From contig JAZRXD010000051.1 in NCBI GenBank assembly GCA_045600045.1, positions 18,740 through 82,739 of the forward strand: a DNA stretch of 64,000 nt, written 5' to 3'. The notes beneath the pieces were generated by a model. The model was not told the origin of the DNA and did not search any database. It was given only the letters and a program-made list of their open reading frames with translations. Within the stretch, counting starts at the first letter, position 1. Every line of letters starts with the position of its first letter. Source of the DNA: Bacteroidales bacterium. GTDB lineage: Bacteria; Bacteroidota; Bacteroidia; Bacteroidales; UBA1715. Both the position numbers and the translations under genes were made by a program. Shown here in pieces: positions 19,001 to 30,800 of this stretch.

Positions 19001-21518
19001 TGAAGACGGTACAACTACTGAAAGAACATTTGCAATTGAGGTTTTGGCAAAAGAAAATGCTGCTCCGGTAATTCTTACCGATACGATTTATATTCCATTC
19101 GGAAAATATACGAATGTTGTGATTGCCGATATGGCTTCCGATGATTTCACAGCTTCTTCTAATTTGATCTTCAACATTGTTGAAGAAGTCGAAAACATCC
19201 TTGTAAAACAATTGGCTACTTCTTTAAGAATTTCTGCAATGGATGAAATTGAAGAAGGTTTCTTCGATATATTGATTGTTTCATTCAAGGATGCTGATGG
19301 CCTTACTTCAGAAAAATCAATCGTTATTTGCGGTTTGCCAGAAGAAACAAACAATGCTCCTGTAATTTCGGCTATCCCACAACAAAACGAAACTGATGCC
19401 GCTAAATTCGCTGATATAGATATGGCTCAATACGTATCAGATGACTATACTTCTCCTTCTGCTATTGTTTGGTCTGCTTCGGCTTCGGAAAATGTAAGCG
19501 TTAAATTCTCAGGTCAATATGCCGAAATTTCAAATTTGAACGAACATTGGCGTGGTGCTGAAGTAGTTACTTTCACTGCAACTGACCAAGGTGGTAAATC
19601 ATCTTCTATCGACGTAACATTCTATCGAGAAGTTACTCCATCGGACGTTGAAAAAGAATTTGGCTGGTACGGAAAACCAACTATCAACATTATAACTTCG
19701 CGTTACAATGGAACTCCAAGCGAAACATTCACATTGATTGGTACATACTACGGTGCTGAATGTGACGGCGAATGGCAAATCGATGGTGTTATATTGGATG
19801 ATTCAAAGGCATTGCAACAAACTGTTAAATTCGACGAAGTTGGTTCTTATAATGCTAAATTCATTGTAAACTATGAAGTTGAATCAGAAATTAAGAGTAC
19901 AGATGTTTCTGCAACATTGAATGTTTATGGTGTTACAAACCGTAATCCTCAAATTTGTAAAGGCAACTCAATCAGTTTGGAAGCTAATTCAGGTGTGGAT
20001 TCATATAGTTGGAGCACTGGCTCAAGTGAAAGTGCAATTACTATAAATCCTGATGTAACTACGGAATATGTATTGACAATGACAAAAGGTCTTACAATAA
20101 TGAAAGATACAGTTTCGGTACGTGTTTCTGTTCCTGTTGAATTGCCTGAAGATTCTGTAATGTGTGCTTCTTCTACTTATGAATTGTCTGCAATTGGAGA
20201 AGATTTCGTGTCATACGCATGGTCGAATGGCGAATCTACCCAATCAATTGAAATTTCTGCCGAAGTTGCTGATTACACAGTTACAACAATTGATGATATG
20301 GGTTGTGAAAGTTCGGCTACATTTGCAGTGACAAAAGTGAACGAATTGCCGGTAATTGAGTTGGGTGACGATCAAACTCTTTGCGACAAAGAAATCGCAA
20401 CATTTGATGCAGGTGCTGGTTTCAGCTATGCTTGGACTATCCAAAAAGAATCAGGCATGATTGAAAGCGATGCACAATCAATTCAATTGGATTCTTCGGC
20501 TTACGTAACAGTTAAGATTACCGATGATAATATGTGTGAAAGCACTGATGTTGTGAATGTCACATTTACATATCCTTATCCAGAGGAAATCGGAATCGTT
20601 ACATTCAGTAATTCAAGCAAAAACATTATAGTTGCTTGGGAACGTACAGTTGATGTAAATACTGACTTCTATCAAGTTGAACGTCAACTTACAAATTACG
20701 AATGGGAAACTGTTGGTGAACCAGTTGCATTTGTAAACGATGCAATTGTTGTTGATGATGCAGCAAATTACGAAAATCGTTCATACAACTATCGTTTGGT
20801 AACAACCGATGGTTGCGGAAACAAAGCTTATAGCGGTATTTATTCATCGGCATTCGTTATTATGCCTGAGGTAGAAAAAGGTGGTCAACGTAAGGTGGAA
20901 TGTTATCCATATCGTTTCCCTGGAATGGAATCGGGTGCTACAGTGTACTTGTATCGCGTGAAAGGTGATATTGATGAATCAGAAACTGCTATTACAAACG
21001 AAGAATTTGAAGCTCAATACGAAGAAATTGCTTCATTCGTGGTAGAAGGTACTTCTTATACATGGATTGATGAAGAAGGCGTTTGCCAACCAGGTGATAA
21101 ACTTCGTGTTGCATTTGATCTTGGCAAATCAATTTCGGAAAAAGCTTTGAAGACAGTTGACGGCGAGTATGTAACAGTTGATTCAAAATCAGAATCAGGA
21201 CCATTCGCAATTGCTATCAGTAATATTGCTGAAGTAGAAAACGAAGATCCTCAAGCTGTTGAATCATTGTTCTCTGCTGATGTGGTTGTTTATCCAACTG
21301 TTGTAAAAGATGTAATTAATATTGCACTTGCAGGAAACGAAACTGAAAATTATCAAATTATGATAGTTGACGCAAATGGCTCTATTGTTGCTGAATCTGT
21401 AACAGGTAGCGTAGAAAAGGTATTAGTTCAAATTCCTGCCGCAAGTTTTGCTCAAGGTGTTTACACAGTAAAAGTTGTTGCAAACGGAATAGTGAAATCT
21501 GCTAAAGTTGTAAAATAA
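16047..21518 (+). CDS. giant T9SS surface protein, paralog 1 (1823 aa)
   Basis: Signal peptide MRKFYLFVVAALFAAVSFAQG from the ATG at 16047. Contains Big_2-like domains, two Ig-like modules (LSATA..LNWYNS..PTPST..YYVSQ), PKD-like, cadherin-like (YVSDDETAFENL) and FN3-like (IVAWERTVDVNT) segments. Type-A CTD (VVVYPTVVKDVINI...KVVK). Confidence 0.93.
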   Translation: MRKFYLFVVAALFAAVSFAQGTLELKKATWGSGASMQIYYEGRILMNEMFPEFTPVKNQAYTVQIKGFKADQYVGEFQFSFVDKSKAANYWLDMSSGLMIAEGLEASQLCNIGGTNLIKEVIEYPSGDSESGEYYLVFCVYNAFEDVEVLNLSYDEITVEPYFGLYVEEHPLVGFDLKVGGTASVGYYLKYSNVTKQSITWSSSDEGIATVSTGGVATGIAPGTVKITGTAVCTVNSACTYNGENYTAGQEVTLSIEKELVVREAPDMIFTWNENGKDIEDLGFESMSDCWQIVKDGLTSNSASVGDIFSVEFEGMATASGSIEFALVDSEGKLLSDYVSGGSVVKGEKFELSADMFVSTASGANPSLAISFIPSKGSAYGKRNNIEANVEKLSIDYTACSDYKPALSVTTTEYNYTIGDEASQLSATASAGCTLNWYNSESVAFASVPTPSTEETGTITYYVSQSTACWESEKVAIIVTVAPEYVAPVPEVEETEISYCLGVFSAQLSATAEEGAVLNWYNSDDEALEMAPIPSADIVGTQIYKVSQTKNGSESEKVTITVTVYENPVVIFAPEETSFVEGSQVLLSATSSSEGTYSWKSGAEPISGAETSSFNLTFQNAGEYEIEVTLTSLMGCSGSASATFVISEPDESIVCSQNEYEMYVGEHVVVDATIKSETISTFHLETSAEDSAKVELIDKTITALAAGEVTVYAVGGANEKSGSELRDKITITIKEFIPGVEISMPKQVTVKVGGDTTLIASVIPSIATYNEVSFIEKDDEIVTVTADGKIIGKAAGTSLVTAYTKEGLQAQTLVYVTSNDEDVVKIRLNNGDDMIYMKVGEQKTIPCQISPVTIKANDLKWSSDDNGAILNISGNGVVTALQEGEVMMRVSYGAITTATINVVVTKSYAPVISYIPSITMQQPGAHATIDLAKYVSDDETAFENLDITFSENENVAVELFETNAKLSLKNTEFAGFTNITIAAKDEDGTTTERTFAIEVLAKENAAPVILTDTIYIPFGKYTNVVIADMASDDFTASSNLIFNIVEEVENILVKQLATSLRISAMDEIEEGFFDILIVSFKDADGLTSEKSIVICGLPEETNNAPVISAIPQQNETDAAKFADIDMAQYVSDDYTSPSAIVWSASASENVSVKFSGQYAEISNLNEHWRGAEVVTFTATDQGGKSSSIDVTFYREVTPSDVEKEFGWYGKPTINIITSRYNGTPSETFTLIGTYYGAECDGEWQIDGVILDDSKALQQTVKFDEVGSYNAKFIVNYEVESEIKSTDVSATLNVYGVTNRNPQICKGNSISLEANSGVDSYSWSTGSSESAITINPDVTTEYVLTMTKGLTIMKDTVSVRVSVPVELPEDSVMCASSTYELSAIGEDFVSYAWSNGESTQSIEISAEVADYTVTTIDDMGCESSATFAVTKVNELPVIELGDDQTLCDKEIATFDAGAGFSYAWTIQKESGMIESDAQSIQLDSSAYVTVKITDDNMCESTDVVNVTFTYPYPEEIGIVTFSNSSKNIIVAWERTVDVNTDFYQVERQLTNYEWETVGEPVAFVNDAIVVDDAANYENRSYNYRLVTTDGCGNKAYSGIYSSAFVIMPEVEKGGQRKVECYPYRFPGMESGATVYLYRVKGDIDESETAITNEEFEAQYEEIASFVVEGTSYTWIDEEGVCQPGDKLRVAFDLGKSISEKALKTVDGEYVTVDSKSESGPFAIAISNIAEVENEDPQAVESLFSADVVVYPTVVKDVINIALAGNETENYQIMIVDANGSIVAESVTGSVEKVLVQIPAASFAQGVYTVKVVANGIVKSAKVVK
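18003..21518 (+). repeat. paralogous C-terminal cassette, copy 1 (about 3.5 kb, boundaries approximate)
   Basis: Colinear protein similarity with 28990-32464 and 38965-42415, running from the MPKQ(V/I)T(V/I)KVG Big_2 run to the CTD. Confidence 0.8.
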
Positions 21519-21542
21519 GTATTGTTTTATTCTAAATTGAAA

Positions 21543-21578
21543 AATGGGACTGTTCACAAGAACAGTCCCATTTTTTTT
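21543..21578 (+). terminator. intrinsic terminator
   Basis: Perfect 12-bp hairpin atgggactgttc-acaa-gaacagtcccat followed by T8. Confidence 0.9.
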
Positions 21579-21802
21579 GATTTTATAATTTTACATTGAG
21601 CTTTATATGCTAATTCTATATTTTTTCTAATTATTTGATAATTAATCGTTTATCTTGTTAATAACTTTTTTTACAATAGAGTAATATTTGTGATGTAAAC
21701 ATAAAAAGCTATCGGCTTTTTTGTTTAATTTTATCTTCCTATGAGTGCAGGGTTTGCTCTGCATTATAAGTGGATTTGAGTGTTAATTAACTATAAAAAT
21801 AT

Positions 21803-24800
21803 ATGCGAATGAAGAAATTTACTCTATTTGTTGTTTCGCTTCTTTTTGTGTTTGGTTCGTTTGCTGGAACTATTAAGTTGACAAAGCAAGAATATAACGG
21901 AAATTCGTATTATCAAGGAACATTGAAGATTAGTTTTTCGTCGGGAGTTCCTCAAATTGGTAATGTTTATCGTTTAAATTTCACAGGGGTTACAGCTGAC
22001 CATTTTATTGGCGAGTTGAGATTGGACATTGCTGATGTTTCTCCATACGCAAATTATTGGACCGAAATGAATCCGCAATATTCGATTTTGGCGCAAAATA
22101 TCAATCCTTGTGCCGAGGTATTTGCTTCTTCGGTTCGTTTGGGTGTTACTCAAACGGGTATGTATCCAAATTTGGGTTCCTATGTCGTTGTTATTCAAGC
22201 TTGGAATGCTATTGAAGGCGTTGATGAAGTAAATCTTTCGGTAAGCGGAATTTCTATGGTAAGAGAATCCGATAATCCTACCGCATGGTTCGAGGATTTC
22301 CCGTTAAGTGTGTACGATGTGCAAATTGGTGAAACGTCCGATTTGTCATCAATGATTTCTATGCGTGGCTATAAAGATTTAGGAAAATTCAGTAGTACCG
22401 ATGGTAATACATATCCAATATGGACTTCTGATGATGAAACAATCGCCAAGGTTGATGAAAATGGTGTTGTAATTGGTGTTGGAGAAGGTACGACTACGAT
22501 TCAGGTTAAAAAAGTTTTGGAAACCACAGTGGATTATATTGTTCAAAATGAAACCACTGGTTTGTACGAAGTGAAATATGCTGTAGGTACGAAACTTAAA
22601 GTTACTTTGAAACATACAGTTAATATCCGCAAGACAGCAAACATCGTTCTTCCGTGGAATGAATATGGAACCGATGTGGAAGGTATTGGTTATGTTGGTA
22701 TGAGTGACTATTGGCAATATGCCGATAAAGAAGCTGTGAACGAAGCTTTGGAGTCGTATGCCACAGGTTATTCTTCAACTTGGATTCCAACCGAAGGCGA
22801 TATGTTCTCATTGCACATTTCGGGAACCGCAAATAAAACTGGTACGTTGGAACTGGGACTTGTTGATGGTCGTGCGGAAGTAGATTATTGGGCAGAAATG
22901 TCTGATTTCGTAAAAGATTTGTCTGTTGTTGAAGGCGAAAAATTTGATTATACGATTGATTTGCCGATTAAAACAATTAAAAAAGGTGATGTTGATTTAA
23001 TCGCACCAGATTTGGTATTTGCATTTTTGCCAAGCGAAGGTAGTGTTGCGGGAATCGACAAGGGAATAGAATTTTATTTGGAAGAACATGATTGGACATT
23101 TGTTCCTGCTTCGAATTATTCGGTTTCTTTTGAAGAAGGTTCTTCAATGATGTTGAACGTGGGCGATTCACAAACTTTAACACTTGTGCTGAATAATCTT
23201 GCCGACGATGGTGTTTGGACATCTTCAAATGATGCTGTCGCAAGTGTAGTTGACGGAATGGTTACAGGTAAAGCCGCTGGTTCTGCTGTAATTACATATC
23301 GTGTTCAAGTTTCCGATAAACTTTCGTTTGCCGCTACATGCGACGTTACGGTTAATCAGAAAGGCATTTCGCCAATGCCTATTGTTTCAACCGATACAAT
23401 TATATATTGTATTGGTTCCGAGGCCGTTGCATTGACTGCCGAAGGCGAAGGTACATTGAATTGGTACGATTCCAAAAAAGTTAAGTTAGACGGGGTACCT
23501 ACACCGAATACAACAAATGCTGGATATACGACTTACTATGTTTCGCAAACAGTTGGAACCAACGAGGAAAGTGATTTAGCCAATATCGTAGTCTCTGTTC
23601 TTGAAAAGTTGGATGCTCCAACTGTCGATGCAACAACAAAAACGGTCTGTGCAGGAACACCTGCAAGTTTTACAGCTTCGGGTTATAGTAATTATGAATG
23701 GGTGAACGCAAGTAAATCTGTCGTTTCAACAAATAATACATTACATCAAACCGAAATGTCGGTTGGCACACGCACATTTTCTGTTTATGCTATTGATAAA
23801 TATGGTTGTAAGGGTGAGGCTACTACTGTAACATTGAATTTGAGTGCAGCTCCATCTATTTCGTTGTCGGGTGATTCGGAAATTGGTGTAGGCGAAGTTT
23901 ATACAGTAACAGCAAATTCAGAATCAGCCATCAAATCATACGAGTGGATGATTAACAGCATAAAAATGGAAGATGCTACTTCCGCTGATTTCTCAACTTC
24001 ATTCACTTCGGCAGGAACAATAAAAATTTCTGTCGTTGCAACCGATGAAAATGGTTGTGCCTCCACAACATCAACAATGGTAGCGGTAAGTTCTGCAAAC
24101 CAATCGCCAACGCCAATAGTTGCAAAAACAAGTTATACATATTGCCAAGGTACACAAAGTGAAACATTGTCGGCAACAGCTACAAGTGGAGCAACATTGA
24201 AATGGTATGATGGGTCGTTGAATTTGTTGGAAGAAGCTCCAACGCCTTCAACATTAACATACGGCGAGTCATATTATTATGTGTCGCAAGTTGTTAGTGG
24301 TATGGGTGAAAGTAGTAAAGTTGAAATTGTTGTTAATGTTACTTCTGGTCCATTTTTGTCATTGATTGCACCAGCTGCTATTATCCAAGGTGATTCTGTT
24401 ACGTTTGACGCTACTGCCGGATTCCAGGAAGGTACATTCATCTGGAGAGTTAATGGCGAGGAAATTTTTACCGAAGCATCTTCTACCGGTAAAAGTCAAT
24501 TGAAAACTAAATTTCCTGAACTTGGTGAATATATGTTGACTGTTGAACAGGCAACATCGGGTTCTTCTTGTAATGGTTTTGCTTCGCAAGTTGTAAGTGT
24601 CCGCGAACATCCAATGGCTTATTTCAAACAAAAAAGCTATATTTTGAGAGTCGGCGATACGTTGCACATCGAACCTGAATTCGTTTCGGTAACTGATAGA
24701 AGTAATGTCCGTTACAAACTTTGTAAATATAATGGTATAAACATTTCTACTCCGAATGATGGAACTTGTTATGTAATGGCTCCGTCGATAAGTAATGATA

Positions 24801-27800
24801 CTCTTATTCTGAACTTTGAATATTACGATAGGGGTTTGAATACTACCGTTTCATTGTATGATACTTGTGCTATTTCATCATATATGGATGAAACTTCTTT
24901 TGATATTCCTGAAGAAATACATCTTCCTACGGAATACTACAAAAATTTCACTGTGAAATCAACTATTCCTTCATATATGTACGATGTGACTTGGGAAGCT
25001 TCGACGGAAGGTCTTGCAACAATTACAGGTTCGATGGATTCCTACACAATCACTTCGTTGGAAGGAGTGAAGGAAGGTGTTGTTTTCTTTACGGGGACAG
25101 TAAAAATGAGAGACTACGATCAAAGTTGTACGAAAATAATTAAGGTTTTGATTAGCGATACTGTTGGCGTTCCTAGACCAAAGGTAGCTTCAAAATTGAT
25201 AAATTATTGCGTCGGAGATCCTACCGAAACATTGAGTGCAACTACTATAGAAGGAGGAACTTTGAAATGGGCAAGACCTTGGGGTGAGGTTTTGGCGGAA
25301 GCTCCAACTCCTTCGAGTGGAGAAGCACGTGAGGATGAATATGTTGTATCGCAGATAGTTGATGGCGAGGAAAGTCCTACGGTTACGGTTAAAGTCGTTA
25401 TCAATAGTATTCCTGAAATTTATTTCTATCCGCCAACTGCAGTTTATGTAGATTCTTTGGTGTATATGGAGGTTGGTTCATATCCAGAAGGAAAATATCT
25501 TTGGTCAACGGGTGAAAAGGCTGCAAGTGTTAATCAAACATACACTACTTTGGATCCTCAGACTATTACCGTCCAGGCAACAACAAATGCAGGTTGCGTA
25601 AATACTGCTACTCAGACTATAAAAGTAAAAGTTGCTCCGTCAACAACTGTTTCGTTCGAAAAATATGAATATACAATGAAGGTTGACGACACATTGACCA
25701 TTTCTCCGATTTTTGCCGATGAAACCATTTCGCAAACGAATCTTGAACCTTGGTCATCCGAATCGGAAATAGTTTCTTTCGATCAGGAAAATAATAAAAT
25801 TGGAGGCTTGGCACCTGGCACAGCCGATGTGGTTTATACTGTTTCGTTCAACGATTCTGAAACCGGAGCTTACGGAGATTTCGAAAAATATTTGACTATT
25901 GTGGTTAAACCAACTGTTTCGGAGCAACCAACAGTTTCAAAAACTTCTTATTCTTATTGTGTTGGAGCCGAATCGGAAGCGTTGTCGGCTACAGCTTCGG
26001 AAAACGGAATATTGAATTGGTATGATTCCGAAAATACAAAATTGGAATCAGCTCCAACTCCAAGTACCGAAGTTGCGGGAACTCAAACATATTTTGTTTC
26101 GCAGATTGTTGATGAATTAAAAGAAAGTGAAAAAGTTGAAATTACTGTTACGGTAAATCCGAATCCGGAATTGACGGTAAATTATCCTTCAACAATTTAT
26201 GTTGATTCTACAGTTACGCTGATTGCAACCACTAATGTTGATTGTGCTTTTTCATGGACTACCGGAACATCAGAACTTGAAAAGAATACTTCAAGTACTT
26301 CTGACGTTTCGTATTCTTCCACAGGCTCAAAATCTATTACGGTTCAAGCCTCAGATGAGGAATGTCTTACAACAAAAGATTTTTCAATCAATGTGAAAAA
26401 TGCACCATCAACAACACTTTCGTTTGTCGAGGAAAATTACTCGATGTATGTGGGCGATGCAATGACGGTTTCTCCTATATTCAGTGATGCAACTATTTCT
26501 CAAACAAACGAAACTCCTTGGTCTGGCAATTTCTCTTTCGTTACTGTCGATCAAACAACAAATGAATTCATAGGCGTTGCCGAAGGAACGGAGAATGTAA
26601 CATATACATTTGATTATCTTGATTCAGAAACTGGCGTAACGGGAACTGTTACTAAAATATTGTCGTTCGAAATCATTATGCCGTTGCCAAATGTTTCGGA
26701 AAATCCAACAGTTTCAAAAAAATCGTTTATCTATTGTGTTGGAAACGAAGCTGAAACATTGTCGGCCACAGCTTCTGAAAACGGAACGTTGAATTGGTAC
26801 GATTCTGAAAATACAAGATTGGAATCGGCTCCAACTCCAAGTACCGAAGTTGCTGGAATTCAATCATATTTCGTTTCTCAAACAATTGCGGGTAAGGAAG
26901 AAAGTGAAAAAGTTGAGATTTCAATCTCGGTTTATGCAAATCCAGTTATCACAGTTGATAATCCTTCTGTAGCGTATATTGATTCTACAATAGCTTTGAG
27001 TGCTTCGACTAACGAAGCTTGTAAGTTTACTTGGTCGGTTGGCAAATCAAGTGATGAACTAGTTTCTTCAAGTACTCAGACAATTTCGTATGCGACTGCA
27101 GGTATAAAAAATATTGACGTTGCTGCTGTAAGCGAATATTGTATTTCTACTCAAGAAATTTCAATTAAAGTTAAATCCGCTCCATCAACAACTATCTCGT
27201 TCATAAAGGAAAACTACTCAATGTATGTGGACGATATTGTGACGGTTAGTCCGACATTTAGCGACGAAACGATTTCTCAAACAAACGAAACTCCTTGGTC
27301 TGGTGAATTCGCATACGTTTCGGTTAATCAGTCAACAAATGTATTTACTGGTGTTGCCGAAGGAACAGAGGATATTACGTACAGATTTGATTATGTTGAT
27401 TCAGAAACTGGTGCAACCGGAACTATTACCAAAACATTGACATTCGAAGTTGCTTTGCCTGAACCAAATATTTCGGAAAAACCAACTGTTGAGCAAACGC
27501 GTTACGAATTTTGTTTGAACGGCGAATCGGTTGTTTTATCGGCTGTCGCTTCCGAAAACGGAACTTTATATTGGTACGATGCTCTTGGTGAATTATTGGA
27601 ATCGGCTCCAGTTCCAAATACCGAAACTGTTGGCGAAACAACATATTATGTTTCTCAAATTGTTGAAGGTTATGTTGAAAGTGGTCGTGTCGAAATTACA
27701 GCCGTAGTAAAAGCAAATCCTGAAGTTGTTTTGGATTATCCTGCTGTAGTATATGTTGATTCTGCGATAGCATTTACTGCATCGTGCGGAATTAAATCTG

Positions 27801-30800
27801 TATTTGTTTGGTCTTTAGGCAGTTATACTTCAAATCTTACAAACGAAAGTCGTTTTAGAACAGCATTTACCGATGCTGGAGAATACTCTCTTGGAATTTC
27901 TGTAACAACTGAAGAAGGCTGTTCGTTCGAAGTGGATCCTATGATTGTGAAAGCTAAATTTTCTCCAGAAGTGTCGTTTGACGCAGAATCATATTCAGTT
28001 CGTAAAGATGGTTCAATCACATTACAACCAAACTTTAATTATTTCGATTCGGAAATTGCTCCGGAATGGACGGTAGAAAATTCTTCGGTTTTGTCGGTTG
28101 AAAACGGCGTCGTTACTGGTCTTAACGAAGGAACAACAACTGTGACTTGTTCTGTTGACTATACTGACGAAGAAACAGGAATTAGTAAAATCTATTCTGC
28201 TCAATGTTCGGTTGAAGTTGTTGATATAGATGTTCCTAAACCAGTTGTCGCTTCTAAAACGTATTCTTATTGTGTGGGTAACGAGGCGCAGCAACTTATG
28301 GCATACGAAAGCGAAGATTGTACGTTGAACTGGTACGATGTTGATGGCTCTAAATTGGAGTCTGCTCCAACGCCAAGCACAGAAATTACAGGTACATATA
28401 ACTATTCGGTTTCGCAAACATTGAACGGTTTCGAAGGCGATAAAGTTGTTATTAGAGTTGTTGTAAATCCTCAACCTGAACTTTCGTTGAATGTAGCTTC
28501 CTCTAAAGTTTACACGAATACCGAAATACCTTTCGAGGCTTCTTCAACTGTTGCAGGATCGTATATGTGGAAAGTTGGAGATATGGAATTTTCTACGTTG
28601 AAAACAGCTAAAAAGACATTTCGTGCTGTTGGCGAATTTGATGTTTCTGTTCAAGTAACAACCGACAAAGGTTGCGTTGATTCAGCTAAGGTTGTAATGA
28701 CTGCAAAACCTGCTCCGATAATTACTTTGGGTAAAACTTCTTATTCGTTGTACGAAGGTGAAACAATTGAACTTTCTGCTTCAATAAAGAATTTCACTCC
28801 AACGGAAACTCCTGTTTGGTCTGTGGAAAATTCAACGATTGCTTCGGTAGAAAATGGGGTTGTTTCGGGTTTGAGTGTTGGAAAAACGACAGTCTCTTAC
28901 TCAACATATTATTTCGATGAAGAAACTCAGATTGGAAATACATATGCTGGCACAGCAACTTTGATTGTGAAGGAAAATGTTGAGGAACTTGTTTGTGCTT
29001 TGGATACATTGGAAATGTACGAAGGCGAAAGTCGTATTGTCGAAGCTGAAATCCATTCGGTGTTGTTATCTTCAAATTCATATCATTTGGAGGCTTCGAA
29101 CGAAAATTTGGTTGACGTAGTTGATAAAATGATTTCTGCCCGTGTTGAAGGTGAACTTGAAATTTATGCGATTTCCGATAAGAATCCTAATCTTCGCGAT
29201 ACGGTTTATCTTATTGTAAATAAATTCATTCCTGCCAAGGAACTTTCAATGCCGAAACAAATTACAATAAAAGTCGGACGTGACACAACATTGCCAGCTA
29301 CGATTATTCCATCGAATGCAACGTTGAAAAATATTTCGTTTATGGAAAAAGATGACGAAATCATTACCGTTTTGTCTGATGGAACTGTTGTGGGAAAAGC
29401 TCCTGGAACTTCAATAGCAACGGCATATACAAAAGAAGGTGTTTCTGCTCAAACACTTGTTTATGTTACGTCTAACAACGAGGATATTGTTAAAATTCGT
29501 TTGAACAACGGCGATGAAACTGTGTATTTGAAATCGGGCGAAATAAAGACAGTTTCTTGTCAAGTTTCTCCAACTACAATTAAAGCCAACGATTTACGTT
29601 GGTCTGTGAGTGATACCAGCGTCGTGACAGTTTCTCCAAGTGGTGTGTTGACTGCCAAGAAACCTGGCGGTGCATTTATGTTCATTTCGTATGGAATCAA
29701 AATCAGCGAACAATTGGCTGTGATTGTAACTAAAACGGTTGCTCCAACTGTTAATTTTATACCGAGTGTTATGATGCAACAACCTGGAAATCCTGTGAAA
29801 GTTGCTTTGCGTGACTATGTTTCCGATGATTCTACCGCATTCGAAAATTTGAAATTTGTATTCTCTGAAGATGAAAATATTGCTGTTTCGTTTGAAAACG
29901 ATTCCGCTGTGTTCTCATTGAAAAATTCAGAATTCATTGGCGAAACTAAAATCACAGTGACTGCAATCGACGATGAAAATTTAAAAACCTCGAGAACTGT
30001 TAAGGTTGTTGTGATTGAAAAACCAAACGAGGCTCCATCAATTGTGATGAATAGTGTGATAGTTCCTTATCAAAAATATACACAAGTTGTGATTGCCGAT
30101 ATGGCTGTTGATGATTATACGCCTTCAGCTGCGTTAAGCTTCCGTTACGAAGAAGGAGATAATCTTATGGTTAAGAACGTTCGTAATACGAATTTGAGAA
30201 TTTATGCTTTTGAAGAAGAATGGTCTGGTGTTGATTCTATCCATGTTTGGTTTACCGATGGTCATGGCGCCGAAACCGAAAGTTACATTCATGTGAAAGT
30301 TTTGGCTGAAGATGAAAATATGGCTCCGGTAATTTCTGCCATTCCTCAGCAAATGGAAAACGATACGATATTGTTCCCTGATATTGACCTTTCACAATAT
30401 GTAACCGATGATTACACGTCGCCTTCATCAATTGTTTGGACTGCCTCGACTTCGGAAAATGTTGCTGTGAAGATTACAGGCTCTCATGCCGAAATAACTG
30501 ATTTGAATGAATTCTGGCGTGGTGCCGAAATTATTACGTTCACGGCCATGGACCAAGGTGGTTTGACTTCGTCAATCGATGTTACATTCTTCCGTGAAAC
30601 AAAAACTACCGAAGTTGAGGAAGATTATGGTTGGTACGGAAAACCTATGGTGAATATTATTGCTACTCGTTTCTTCGGAACTCCAGATGAGGAATTCACG
30701 TTGATAGGTACATATTATGGTACAGATTGTTCTGGACGTTGGGAAATATCGGGTATCGACGAGTTGAAAAATCCTTCTGATTTGATTCAAATTTTGAATT

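Noticed and set aside
21704-21722. Terminator-like hairpin (aaaagc-tatcg-gctttt) in the leader of giant paralog 2, considered as an attenuator
   Set aside because: The stem is only 6 bp and four of the pairs are A-U. That is too weak to call in AT-rich DNA.
28022-28474. 150-aa antisense ORF inside giant paralog 2
   Set aside because: Same reasoning. It is the antisense of a repeat unit, with an Arg/Asn/Phe-rich translation and no start context.
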